Assembly (NCBI GenBank): GCA_965232515.1
Contig: CBDDPY010000002.1
Location: 6,112,001 to 6,176,000, forward strand
Direction of reading: 5' to 3'
DNA length: 64,000 nucleotides
Source of the DNA: Alphaproteobacteria bacterium
GTDB lineage: Bacteria; Pseudomonadota; Alphaproteobacteria; GCA-2731375
This document shows positions 10,223 to 19,806 of this stretch, one piece after another; the first letter of the stretch is position 1, and each line of letters opens with the position of its first letter. Made by a program: the position numbers and the translations under genes. The notes under the pieces are model-generated. The model was not told the DNA's origin, made no database searches, and saw nothing but the letters and a program-made list of their open reading frames with translations.

Positions 10223-11092
10223 ATGCTCGCCGGCCTGTTGTCTCCCGATAACCCGGCTTTTCAGAGCGCGGTGCTGCCGTTTCTTCTGGCCGCCGTCGTT
10301 GCCGGTTTGATCCGGCTGGCGGGCGGCAGCGGGCGCGGCGCGCTGCTGGCCGGCGCGGCGGTCGGCCTGGCGGTGCTGGTCGTCTATGCGGTCGTGCTGG
10401 GGATGCCGCCGTTTCCGCCCCGGTCGTCGGGGCAGAAGCTGTTCTACGTGGCGGTCGCGGGTCTGGTGCTCGGCATCGCGCTCGATTTGGGCCGGATGCG
10501 CGGCAGAGTTCTGACCCTGCTGCTGTTAGCATTCATTGCCGTCGCGTCGGTGTGGGTCGGCTGGCCGGCCTGGAAACGCCTGGCGGCGGCGCCTGACACC
10601 TGGATGCCGGCTGTGACGCTCCTGCTCCTGCTGACAGCGGCAGTGCCGCTGGCGCGCGCGGCGCCGAACGGGATTTCGGCGGCGGTGATGTTGCTGATCG
10701 CCGCGGTTGGCCTGGCGATGGTCGCGTTGACGGCGAACTCGGCATCGCTATCCCAGATCGCCGGCGCGCTGGCCGCCGCCGTTGGCGGCTTTCTCGTCTG
10801 GAACTGGCCCAAGGCGCGTTTCCCCGTCTCCGCCGCGCTGTTGTTCGGCGCCATGGGCGCCTTCGCGGCGCTGACGACGCAAGCGGCTCTGTTCACCCGG
10901 GCCGATCCGTGGACGCTCGCGCCCTTGGTTCTGGTGTTTCTGGCCGCGATACCGGCGTCGCGGCTGAGCATCGGCAGCGGCGCGGTTCGTGCCGCGCTGT
11001 CCCCCCTTGTCATCGGGTTTTGCGCGGCGTTGCCGGCCGCGCTCGCGGTCGCTTTGGGCTTTTGGCTCAACGGCGACGTTTACACCGGCTGA
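10223..11092 (+). CDS. Multi-pass membrane protein of unknown function
   Basis: About 9-10 hydrophobic segments; same strand as and contiguous with neighbours. Confidence 0.75.
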   Translation: MLAGLLSPDNPAFQSAVLPFLLAAVVAGLIRLAGGSGRGALLAGAAVGLAVLVVYAVVLGMPPFPPRSSGQKLFYVAVAGLVLGIALDLGRMRGRVLTLLLLAFIAVASVWVGWPAWKRLAAAPDTWMPAVTLLLLLTAAVPLARAAPNGISAAVMLLIAAVGLAMVALTANSASLSQIAGALAAAVGGFLVWNWPKARFPVSAALLFGAMGAFAALTTQAALFTRADPWTLAPLVLVFLAAIPASRLSIGSGAVRAALSPLVIGFCAALPAALAVALGFWLNGDVYTG

Positions 11093-11135
11093 CCTGCCGA
11101 CGATTTTCGCACACAACAGGAAGGGAGTGCTTCAG

Positions 11136-11720
11136 ATGAAACCGTTTCGTGTTTTGGGTATCGCCACCGCCTTCGCCTTGGCGCTCGGCACACTGCCCGC
11201 CAAGGCCGCGGACGAGATGGAGATCGACCCGGCGCATACGAATATCGCCTTCATGATCGATCATCTCGGCTATTCGATGATGCTGGGCCGGTTCGCCGAT
11301 TTCGATATCGCGCTGGCGTTCGATCAGAACCAGGTTGGCAACAGTACGCTTGCGGTATCCGTAAAGACGGAGAGCCTGACCACCTTCCATGCGAAGCGGG
11401 ACGAGCATTTGCGGTCGCCCGATTTCTTCAACACGGCCGAGTTTCCCGCGATGACCTTCACCTCGACCGCGATCGAGCAGACCGGCGACAATACCGGCAA
11501 GGTGACCGGCGATCTCACCCTGCTGGGCGTGACCAAGCCGGTGACGTTGGACGTCACCTTCAACAAGGCGGCGCCGCATCCGTTCAACAAGAAGATGACC
11601 GTCGGCTTCTCGGCCCGCGGCATGCTGAAGCGCTCCGATTTCGGCATGGCCTATGGTTTGCCGGCGATCGGCGATGACGTCGAGCTGATCATCGAGGCCG
11701 AGGCCGTGAAGCCGGAGTAG
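11136..11720 (+). CDS. yceI: YceI-family polyisoprenoid-binding protein
   Basis: Signal peptide, IDPAHT..F...HLGYS, RDEHLRSPDFFN, GDLTLLGVTKPV, RSDFGM. Confidence 0.92.
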   Translation: MKPFRVLGIATAFALALGTLPAKAADEMEIDPAHTNIAFMIDHLGYSMMLGRFADFDIALAFDQNQVGNSTLAVSVKTESLTTFHAKRDEHLRSPDFFNTAEFPAMTFTSTAIEQTGDNTGKVTGDLTLLGVTKPVTLDVTFNKAAPHPFNKKMTVGFSARGMLKRSDFGMAYGLPAIGDDVELIIEAEAVKPE

Positions 11721-11768
11721 TCTCCCGCCGGACACCATTTGGGCTCATTAGCCCTAGCGCTTGTTAAC

Positions 11769-11801
11769 CTTGAGGGCGGCCGCCCCACGGCCGCCCTCAA
11801 G
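11769..11801 (+). terminator. Perfect 14-bp hairpin downstream of yceI
   Basis: cttgagggcggccg-cccca-cggccgccctcaag followed by catttctt. Confidence 0.65.
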
Positions 11802-11920
11802 CATTTCTTAATCCGGACTATCCACCATACGTCGGTTGCGCTGCTGAACCGCCGCGCCCGGCAGCCATTCGACATCGCTGCCCGGCCGGCGGAGGCCGAT
11901 TTGCGGAACGGAACGGCGGT

Positions 11921-13159
11921 ATGTCCGGCATGATGGAATGGATGCGGCAGGCCGATTGGCTGGTCCGCCGACGGCTGGTCGCCTATTCGGCGATCTTTGT
12001 CGTGATGTATGTCGTCGCCGCCGGCATCTGGTTGGCCATGAGCAGCGGCGGCATCGACATCAACGGCAGGCCCATCGGTCCCGATTTTGTCAATGTCTGG
12101 GCGGCCGGCAGCCTGGCGCTGACCGACCGATCAGCCGACATCTACGAGTATACCGCCCATCACGAGGCCCAAAAGGCAGCTTTTGGCGGCGCCCATGTGC
12201 CCTATTTCGGCTGGCACTACCCGCCCATGTTCCTGCTGCTCGCCCTACCGCTGGCGTTGTTGCCCTACCTGGCGGCGTTGAGCCTTTGGCTGCTGTCGAC
12301 GCTGCCGCTCTTCTTGCTGGCGGTCTATCGAATTCTGCCGCGCCGCGAATCGCTTTTGCTGGCATTGGCGTTCCCCGGCGTTTTCGTCAATTTGAGCCAC
12401 GGGCAGAATGGTTTTCTCACCGCGGCCCTACTTGGCGGCGGTTTGCTGCTGCTCGAGAGGCGACCGCTGCTGGCCGGTCTGTTGTTCGGATTGCTGACCT
12501 ACAAGCCGCAGTTCGGGCTCTTGATCCCGCTGGTTTTGCTGCTCGGACAACGCTGGGATACCATTGTGGTGGCGGCCGGGACCGCGGCCTTCGTCGCCAT
12601 GGTTTCGTTGCTGTTGTTCGGACCCGAAACCTGGATCGCGTTCCTCGACAGTCTGGCGCTGACGAGAGAGGTGATCGTCGAGCAGGGTGTGACCGGCTGG
12701 CACAAGATCATGAGCGTGTTCGCGGCCGCGCGCATGTATGGCGCCGGTATCGAGCTGGCCTATCTCATTCAAGCGGCCGTCGGCATTTGCGCCATGGCGA
12801 CGGTCTTGTGGTTGTGGGCCCTGACGGTTCCGCACGGGCTGAAATGCGCCGCGCTGGTGGCCGCGACCCCGTTGCTGACGCCTTATGTCCTGGACTACGA
12901 CCTGGTCATCCTGGCCCTACCGGTGGCTTGGCTGGCGGCCGATGGATTGCGACGCGGGTTCCTGCCCTGGGAGAAGCTGACGTTGGCCGCCGTCTGGTTG
13001 CTGCCGCTTCTGTCGCGGCCGATCGGTCTGAGCCTGTCGCTGCCGATTACGCCACCGTTGTTGATGATCCTGTTGTTCGTGATCTTCCGTCGCGCCCGTA
13101 GTCCGGCGCTTGCCGGCGCAACCCCGACCGATGTTCGACCGCGGGCGGCACATGCCTGA
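11921..13159 (+). CDS. GT87/DUF2029 integral-membrane glycosyltransferase
   Basis: DFVNVWAAG, WHYPPMF, HGQNGFL, YKPQFG, PYVLDYDL. Confidence 0.88.
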   Translation: MSGMMEWMRQADWLVRRRLVAYSAIFVVMYVVAAGIWLAMSSGGIDINGRPIGPDFVNVWAAGSLALTDRSADIYEYTAHHEAQKAAFGGAHVPYFGWHYPPMFLLLALPLALLPYLAALSLWLLSTLPLFLLAVYRILPRRESLLLALAFPGVFVNLSHGQNGFLTAALLGGGLLLLERRPLLAGLLFGLLTYKPQFGLLIPLVLLLGQRWDTIVVAAGTAAFVAMVSLLLFGPETWIAFLDSLALTREVIVEQGVTGWHKIMSVFAAARMYGAGIELAYLIQAAVGICAMATVLWLWALTVPHGLKCAALVAATPLLTPYVLDYDLVILALPVAWLAADGLRRGFLPWEKLTLAAVWLLPLLSRPIGLSLSLPITPPLLMILLFVIFRRARSPALAGATPTDVRPRAAHA

Positions 13160-14150
13160 GCAGGCGGTGAACTGGACCGCCGCGGCGATCCGGGAGCTGG
13201 TCGCCGCCGTCGATGCGCCCCGGGTGGCGGTGCTATTGCCCTGCTACAACGAGGAGGCGACGGTCGTTGAGGTAATCGCCGATTTCCGCGCGGCGTTGCC
13301 CGAGGCCGAGATTTACGTCTATGACAACGCGTCGACCGACGCGACGGCCGAGCTTGCCGCCGCGGCCGGCGCGGTCGTCCGCCGCGAGCCGCTGCGCGGT
13401 AAGGGCAATGTCATTCGGCGCATGTTCGCGGACATCGATGCCGACATTTACGTGATGGCCGATAGCGACGGCACCTACGACGCCGCTGCCGCGCCCGAGC
13501 TGGTCGAGCGACTGGTCTCGGACAATCTCGATATGGTGGTCGGCACGCGGGCCGGCGGCGGCGCGGCGGCCTATCGTTGGGGGCACGTGTTCGGCAACCG
13601 CATGTTCAACAAGGTCGTCGCGATACTGTTCGGCGACGGCTTGCACGACATCCTGTCGGGCTATCGCGTGTTCTCTCGCCGCTTCGTCAAATCGTTTCCG
13701 GCGCTGGCGACGGGCTTCGAGACCGAGACCGAGCTCAGCATTCACGCCCTCGACCTGCATCTGCCCGTGGCCGAGATCGAAACCGCCTATGGCGCCCGTC
13801 CGAGCGGGTCGGTCAGTAAACTCCGCACGGTGCGGGACGGGCTGTCGATCCTCTGGACCATCATGCTGCTGTTCAAGGAGGTCCACCCGTTCTGGTTCTT
13901 CGGCGCGATCTCCGCGGCATTCGCCGCCCTGTCGTTGGGACTGGCCTATCCGGTCATCGTCGAATACCTGCTGACCGGTCAGGTGCCCCGGTTCCCGACC
14001 GCGATCCTGGCCACCGGCGTCATGCTGCTCGCCTGCCTCGGATTTGCCTGCGGGCTGATCCTGGACAGCGTCTGCCGCGGCCGCCGCGAGGCCAAGCGCA
14101 TGTGTTATCTGGCGCTGACGTCGGTCGGCGCCAAACTGCCGAGCGACTGA
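13152..14150 (+). CDS. GT2 polyprenyl-phosphate glycosyltransferase (GtrB/DPM-like)
   Basis: LLPCYNEE, YDNASTD, GKGNV, DSDGTYD, GFETETE; C-terminal TM helices; overlaps the GT87 gene. Confidence 0.9.
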   Translation: MPEQAVNWTAAAIRELVAAVDAPRVAVLLPCYNEEATVVEVIADFRAALPEAEIYVYDNASTDATAELAAAAGAVVRREPLRGKGNVIRRMFADIDADIYVMADSDGTYDAAAAPELVERLVSDNLDMVVGTRAGGGAAAYRWGHVFGNRMFNKVVAILFGDGLHDILSGYRVFSRRFVKSFPALATGFETETELSIHALDLHLPVAEIETAYGARPSGSVSKLRTVRDGLSILWTIMLLFKEVHPFWFFGAISAAFAALSLGLAYPVIVEYLLTGQVPRFPTAILATGVMLLACLGFACGLILDSVCRGRREAKRMCYLALTSVGAKLPSD

Positions 14151-14238
14151 CCGACACGCCCACGCGGTTAAGCCTTCACCTTGGCGTCGGCCGAAAAATG
14201 CCGCATCCTCTCGGTCTATCGGGAGGTTGCGACAGACA

Positions 14239-15015
14239 ATGACGGCGTCCACACCGGACCTCGACAAGCTATTTCGTCTGGACGGCCAGGTCGCGGTGGT
14301 GACCGGCGGTGGCGGCGCGATCGGCGGCCTGGCCACCCGCGTGCTGGCGCAGGCCGGCGCGCGCGTGGTCGTGACCGACCGGGATGCGGCGGCCGCGAGA
14401 GCCGTGGCCGTTGAGATCGAGTGGGCCGAGGCCCGGCAGTTGGACGTCGCGGACGAGGCCGCCGTCGATGCGCTGATGGCCGACATCGACGGCGCGCATG
14501 GTCGTATTGATGTGCTGGTCAACGCGGCCGGGATCTCGAAACGGCTGGCCTCGGAAGAGATCCCGCTCGAGACCTGGAGCCAGGTTCTGGCCGTCAATCT
14601 CACCGGCACCTTCCTCTGTGCCCGGGCCGCGGCGCGTGTGATGCTGCGACGCCGGGCGGGCGCCATCGTCAACATCTCCTCGATCATGGGGCATAGCGGC
14701 GGCGGGCTCTATCCGAACCCGGCCTATCACGCCAGCAAGGGCGGGGTCGTGAACCTGACCCGGGCGCTGGCGGCCGAATGGGGCGACCGCGGCATCCGCG
14801 TGAACGACATCGCGCCGACCTTCGTCGATACGCCGCTGGCCACGCCGGTGCTGGGCGATCCGGCGATGCGGGCCGAGATCGACCGCCTGCATCCCCTGGG
14901 CCGCGTCGCGCAGGTCGACGATCTCGCCGGCGCCATCCTCTATCTCGCGAGCCCGGCATCGGCGCTGGTCACCGGTCAGAGCCTGGCGGTCGACGGCGGC
15001 TGGCTGGCGCGCTGA
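14239..15015 (+). CDS. SDR oxidoreductase
   Basis: TGGGGAIG, NAAG, YHASKGG, VDGGW. Confidence 0.9.
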   Translation: MTASTPDLDKLFRLDGQVAVVTGGGGAIGGLATRVLAQAGARVVVTDRDAAAARAVAVEIEWAEARQLDVADEAAVDALMADIDGAHGRIDVLVNAAGISKRLASEEIPLETWSQVLAVNLTGTFLCARAAARVMLRRRAGAIVNISSIMGHSGGGLYPNPAYHASKGGVVNLTRALAAEWGDRGIRVNDIAPTFVDTPLATPVLGDPAMRAEIDRLHPLGRVAQVDDLAGAILYLASPASALVTGQSLAVDGGWLAR

Positions 15016-15036
15016 TTTCAAACAAGCTGAGGTTTT

Positions 15037-15819
15037 TTGATGAGCGGTAACATCGTGATGGAAGGCGACGGCGACATCGCGACCGTGATTCTGCGCGCGC
15101 CGGATCGGCTGAACGCGCTGAACATGGCGATGTGGGACGAGCTGCGCCGGGTGTTCGAGGGGCTCGACGCCGACAGCAGCTGGCGCTGCATCATCATTCG
15201 CGGGCACGGCGACAAGGCGTTTGCCGCCGGCGCTGACATCGCCGACTTCGAGGCCAACCGGTCCAGCGTCGAGAAGGCCCGGGCGTATGGCAAGGTCTTC
15301 CACGGCGGGCTGCACGCCGTCGCCAATTGCCGGCATCCGGTGGTGGCCCAGATCCAGGGCGCCTGTGTGGGCGGCGGTCTGGAGCTGGCCTGCTGCTGCG
15401 ACATCCGCATCTGCGGCGAGTCCAGCCGCTTCGGCGTGCCGGTGAACCGGCTGGGCCTGGTGATGGCCTATCAGGAGATGGGCGCGCTGGTCGATCTGGT
15501 CGGCAAGGCGGCGGCGCTGGAGATTGTGCTCGAAGGCCGCGTGTTCAGGGCCGAGGAGGCGCGCGAGAAAGGCCTGGTGAACCGCATCGTCGCCGACGAC
15601 ATGGTCCAGGCCGAGGCGCTGGCGACGGCCGAGCGGATCGCCGCCGGCGCGCCGCTGGTCGCGCGCTGGCACAAGCAGTTCGTCAGCCGCCTGATGGATC
15701 CGCGCCCGCTGAGCGAGGCCGAATTGGACGAAGGCTTCGCCTGCTTCGGGACGGAGGACTTCCAGATCGGCTATAAAGCCTTTCTGGCGAAAGAGAAACC
15801 GGACTTCAAGGGACGATAG
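15037..15819 (+). CDS. Enoyl-CoA hydratase/isomerase family
   Basis: AFAAGADI, CVGGGLELA..CDIRI. Confidence 0.9.
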   Translation: MMSGNIVMEGDGDIATVILRAPDRLNALNMAMWDELRRVFEGLDADSSWRCIIIRGHGDKAFAAGADIADFEANRSSVEKARAYGKVFHGGLHAVANCRHPVVAQIQGACVGGGLELACCCDIRICGESSRFGVPVNRLGLVMAYQEMGALVDLVGKAAALEIVLEGRVFRAEEAREKGLVNRIVADDMVQAEALATAERIAAGAPLVARWHKQFVSRLMDPRPLSEAELDEGFACFGTEDFQIGYKAFLAKEKPDFKGR

Positions 15820-15821
15820 AC

Positions 15822-17060
15822 ATGCCAATCGAGCGATTTGGCCCGCTGAAGGGCGTCACCGTTATCGAACTCTGCCACGTGATGGCCGGCCCGACCTGCG
15901 GGCTGATGCTGGCCGACATGGGCGCCGATGTGATCAAGGTCGAGAAGCTCGACGGCGGCGACGATACGCGCCGGGCCCTGCCGCCCGAGATCAACGGCGA
16001 GCCGGCAGCCTTCATGATGATGAACCGCAACAAGCGCGGCGTCGTCGTCGACCTGAAGACCGAAGGCGGCAAGCGCGTGCTGCGCCGTTTGCTGGAGAAG
16101 GCCGACGTCGTCACCGAGAACTACCGCAAGGGCACGATGGAAAAGCTCGGCCTCGACTACGAAGCCCTGCGCAAGGTCAATCCCGGCCTGATTTTGGCCT
16201 CGATCTCCGGCTTCGGCCGCTCAGGCCCCTATGCCGACCGTCCGGGCTTCGATCTGGTCGCCCAAGGCATGAGCGGCCTGATGAGCATCACCGGCGAAAG
16301 CCCCGAGCGGCCGCCGGTCAAGGTCGGCGCGCCGCTCTGCGACATCACCGCCGGGCTGCTGCTGGCCATGGGCGTGCTCGCCGCCTATACGCATCGCTTG
16401 AAGACCGGCGAGGGCCAGGTCGTCGATACCTCGCTGCTGGAGGCCGGCATCACGCACACCTACTGGCAATCGGCGATCTGCTTCGCCGACGGCAAGCCGC
16501 CGCTAGCCATGGGCTCGGCGCATCCGCTGAACGCGCCGTATCAGGCGGTCCGCACCAAGGACGGCTACATCAATATCGGCGCCGCGAACGTCAAGACCTG
16601 GGGCCTGTTCATCGAGGCCTTCGGTCTGCAGCGGCTGGGCGAAGACGAACGCTTCAGGGACAATGCCGGCCGCATGGCGAACCGTGAGGCGCTGATCACC
16701 GAGATTGAAACGGCCTTCGCGCCGTTCACCAGCGCCGAGCTGCTGGACAAGCTGGAGCAGGCCGGCGTGCCGGCGGGGCCCATCTTCAATGTGCAGGAGA
16801 TGCACGCCGACCCGCAAGTGCAGGCCCGCGACATGGTGCCGACGGTCGCGCATCCCGTGGCCGGCAACGTGCAGACCATCGGCCTGCCGGTGAAGTTCTC
16901 CGACACGCCCGGCAAGGTGGGGGCCGCGGCGCCGACGTTCGGTCAGCACACCCGCGAGGTCTTGCTGGAATACGGCTTCGATGCGGCCGAGATTGCGCAA
17001 CTCGCCAACGAGAAGGCGATCCACGTGGGCGACGCGCCGACCGCCGACGCCGCCGAGTAG
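15822..17060 (+). CDS. CaiB/BaiF family III CoA-transferase
   Basis: MAGP...LADMGADVIKVE, NRNKR, ISGFGRSGPY..RPGFD. Confidence 0.92.
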   Translation: MPIERFGPLKGVTVIELCHVMAGPTCGLMLADMGADVIKVEKLDGGDDTRRALPPEINGEPAAFMMMNRNKRGVVVDLKTEGGKRVLRRLLEKADVVTENYRKGTMEKLGLDYEALRKVNPGLILASISGFGRSGPYADRPGFDLVAQGMSGLMSITGESPERPPVKVGAPLCDITAGLLLAMGVLAAYTHRLKTGEGQVVDTSLLEAGITHTYWQSAICFADGKPPLAMGSAHPLNAPYQAVRTKDGYINIGAANVKTWGLFIEAFGLQRLGEDERFRDNAGRMANREALITEIETAFAPFTSAELLDKLEQAGVPAGPIFNVQEMHADPQVQARDMVPTVAHPVAGNVQTIGLPVKFSDTPGKVGAAAPTFGQHTREVLLEYGFDAAEIAQLANEKAIHVGDAPTADAAE

Positions 17061-17063
17061 CCG

Positions 17064-17756
17064 CTACTCCGCCGCGGCGGAGTCGAACAGGCCGCCGATG
17101 TAGAAGCCGCGCCGTTTCAGGCTGGCGACCCATTCGTCGGCGAAGCTCGGCGCCACCGAGCCGGTGACGATCTCGCTCGCCAGCAGCGCGTCCGACCAGG
17201 CCTTGACCTGCGGGAAGTCGTTCAGCAACCCGCTTTGCAGCCGCTGCTCGGCCATGTCGAAGCGCTGCAGGAACGGCGCATAGGCCGCGTCGACAAGGCA
17301 CAGCTTGTCGCCGTTGAAGTAGGGACCGTCATTGCCGCGCTCCTGCGCGATGGCGTCCTCCAGCTTTTGCAGCACCTTGGGCGCAGCCGCCAGACCCTCG
17401 TCGACGCCCTCGCGAGTTGCCTGGTAGTAGACGCCACTCAGGCCCTTGGAGAAATCCGGCACGAAGTCGGTCCAGGCCCGGTTGCGGGCTCGCTTGATCG
17501 GGTCCTCCGGATGCAGGCGCGGCGGCACCACTTCGTCCAGGAACTCGGCGATGGCGTTCGATTCGAACAGCGGCTCGCCGTCCACGTTCAGCACCGGCAC
17601 CTTGCCGTGCGGCGAGATCTCCAGGAACCAGCCCGGCTTCTCACGAAGATTGATGTAGGTGACCTCGAACTCGACCTGTTTCGCACGCATCACGATCACG
17701 GCGCGCTGAACCCAGGGTCAAGTTACCGAGCTCACCAGATGATATTTGCTGGCCAT
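17064..17756 (-). CDS. Glutathione S-transferase (omega/DHAR-like), predicted selenoprotein, Sec13 encoded by TGA at 17718-17720
   Basis: ATG 17756 reads MASKYHLVSSVT-TGA-PWVQRAVIVMRAK, in frame with the tracked ORF 17064-17699; TGA occupies the catalytic Cys of the C-P-[FYW]-x-Q-R motif; SPHGKVP and FESNAI follow; true stop is TAG. Confidence 0.85.
17673..17720 (-). promoter_or_regulatory. Candidate bacterial SECIS hairpin of the GST gene
   Basis: mRNA after UGA: GCGCGC(+12..+17) pairs with GCGUGC(+30..+35), loop CGUGAUCGUGAU; lower pairing GACC.UG with CAGGUC. Confidence 0.6.
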
Positions 17757-17830
17757 AACAGTGTTTCCGACATCTCGGTTGCTCAGGCCGCCAGTCTCTC
17801 CCATTGTCTGGCCGAAGGAAAGCGTCGTCG

Positions 17831-18433
17831 CTAGGCGGGCCGGCAGATCATCTCGACCGCATCGTCGGCGAATTTCACCAGGCTGGCCTTGGCCTCGCCC
17901 AAGCGGGAGCGCAGCGCCAGGCTGTGCAGCACCGCCTGCGCCAGCTTCGCCGCCGCCTCCGGCGCGCGCGACGTCGGGAACTGGCCGTCGTCCTGGGCTT
18001 GCCGAAACCGACGCGTCAGCATGTCGTCGATCTGGCTCAGCAGGTGCTTGACGTCACGCCGCACCTCGGCGTGCACGACGGCCTCGACCGGCGCCGTGCA
18101 GAAGGCGAAACAACCGCGCGCCGGCTTGCCGCCGCAATAGACGTCGAGCGCGGCGCGATAGAGCTTGCGCAGCGATTGGGCGAGGTCGGGTTCGTCGGTC
18201 AATCGGTCGCCGACCTCGGTCTCGAGCTGCGCCGCGAACCGTGCCATGGACCGGCGGTAGATCATCTCCTTGTCGCCGAATGCGTTGTAGAGGCTGGGCC
18301 GGTTCATGCCCGTGGCCCGGGCCAGATCGTCCAGCGACGTGGCGGTAAGGCCCTGGGTCCAGAACAACTGCATCGCCGCTTCCAGCGCCTCGTCGGGATC
18401 GTACTGCCGTGGCCGGCCGCGCGGTCTGCTCAT
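17831..18433 (-). CDS. TetR/AcrR (ComR/NemR-like) regulator
   Basis: RGRPRQYD, FWTQG..ATSLDDL...GMNRPSLYNAFGDK. Confidence 0.92.
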   Translation of the reverse strand: MSRPRGRPRQYDPDEALEAAMQLFWTQGLTATSLDDLARATGMNRPSLYNAFGDKEMIYRRSMARFAAQLETEVGDRLTDEPDLAQSLRKLYRAALDVYCGGKPARGCFAFCTAPVEAVVHAEVRRDVKHLLSQIDDMLTRRFRQAQDDGQFPTSRAPEAAAKLAQAVLHSLALRSRLGEAKASLVKFADDAVEMICRPA

Positions 18434-18494
18434 TTTTGTACCTATTCGCATAATTTAATTGACTCCGATAATTTTATGCGGAACGATACAAAAA
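18433..18494. promoter_or_regulatory. Paired inverted TetR operator candidates flanking a TTGACT -35 box
   Basis: tttttgtacctattcgcataa (18433-18453) versus ttatgcggaacgatacaaaaa (18474-18494), 17/21 inverted match. Confidence 0.7.
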
Positions 18495-18516
18495 ATCCAG
18501 ACCGCGAGACCCGACC

Positions 18517-19464
18517 ATGCCCAGAATCGACCATCCCAAGAGCCCCCTCGTGCCCAAGCTCCAGGGCCTGCATCTGTTCCACTTCGAAGGCGCGCCCTGC
18601 GCCCAGCGCGTCCGCTTCGCGCTGGCGGAAAAGGGCCTGGCGCGGGACCGGGACGTCGCCTGGCAGTCGGTCGCGCCCGACACGCTCGTTGCCGAGACCG
18701 GCACCTGGATCAGCCGGCATGTCTCGCTGGTCAAGAAGGACCACCTGACCGACGCCTACGCGGCAATCCACCCGAACCTGGTTGTGCCGGCGCTCGTGCA
18801 TGACGGGCGGCTCTATATCGAATCCATGGACATCGTGGACTACATCGACGCGACCTGGCCGGAGAACCGCCTGGTGCCGGACGACTCCGACCGCGCGGCG
18901 CTGGCCCGGTCACTGGTCGACCAGGCGAAGGCGCTGCATGTTTCAGTGCGTTACGTGTCGTTCCGCTGGGGCCTGGGTCGCCTCGGCAAGCTGAACGCCA
19001 GCGACGAAGAAAACCTGCGACGCCTCGAGACCGACGGTTCGCCCGAACAGCTCGTCAACTTCTATGAAAGATATGACCGCGGCCAGATCGAGGAGGCGAC
19101 CTTCGCCGAGCACCTGGCGGCGCTCGAGGGCGGCTACGGGGCGCTGGAGCGGCTGTTGTCGGGCGACGGCCAGCCGTTTCTGACGGGCGACAGCTTCAGC
19201 ATCGCCGACATTATCTGGTCGCTGAAAGTGCTCAGGATCGAGGAATGCGGCTATCCCTTCGCCGCGAACTTCCCGGCGCTGTTCGCCTGGTATGGCCGGG
19301 TGACAAGCCGGCCCGCGTTCAAGGAGGGCGTCATGTCGCGGCATACGGCGATGAGCCGGACCTTCAAGCTCAAGGCCGCCGCCGCGAACCTGATGGGCCA
19401 TGGTCTGAAGCAGGCGAGCCGGCGCCAGGATAAGACCGGTGGGAGCGCGGCGAGTGCCGCGTGA
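18517..19464 (+). CDS. GST family protein (GDAP1/reductive dehalogenase-like)
   Basis: APCAQRVRFALAEKG, HPNLVVPAL, IESMDI, FSIADI. Confidence 0.85.
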   Translation: MPRIDHPKSPLVPKLQGLHLFHFEGAPCAQRVRFALAEKGLARDRDVAWQSVAPDTLVAETGTWISRHVSLVKKDHLTDAYAAIHPNLVVPALVHDGRLYIESMDIVDYIDATWPENRLVPDDSDRAALARSLVDQAKALHVSVRYVSFRWGLGRLGKLNASDEENLRRLETDGSPEQLVNFYERYDRGQIEEATFAEHLAALEGGYGALERLLSGDGQPFLTGDSFSIADIIWSLKVLRIEECGYPFAANFPALFAWYGRVTSRPAFKEGVMSRHTAMSRTFKLKAAAANLMGHGLKQASRRQDKTGGSAASAA

Positions 19465-19801
19465 GCGGGATCGCCACCTCCAGATCGAGCGCGATCAACT
19501 GCGGCGCATGCGTTGGGTTTCGCTGCTGGAGGGAACGACGCTCGTTGTCCTGGTCTTCGTCGCCGTGCCGCTCAAGCATTTGGGCGGTTATCCGCAAGCG
19601 ACGGCGGTGATGGGCCCGGTCCATGGCATGACCTTCCTGCTCTACGTCTGGATGGCGTTTCAGACCGTCGCGACAGGCGGCTGGTCGGCCGGCGAAACAT
19701 CCCGGCTGCTGATCGTCGCCTTCATCCCATTCGGTGGGCTCGTGAACGCGGGCTTGCTGCGTCGGAAGGAAATTGAGCTGATCGCGCACGCAGGCTGCTG
19801 A
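19454..19801 (+). CDS. DUF3817 membrane protein
   Basis: LEGTTL..LVFVAVPLK, GPVHG, AFIPFG; GTG start approximate. Confidence 0.85.
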   Translation: MPRERDRHLQIERDQLRRMRWVSLLEGTTLVVLVFVAVPLKHLGGYPQATAVMGPVHGMTFLLYVWMAFQTVATGGWSAGETSRLLIVAFIPFGGLVNAGLLRRKEIELIAHAGC

Positions 19802-19806
19802 CGGAC

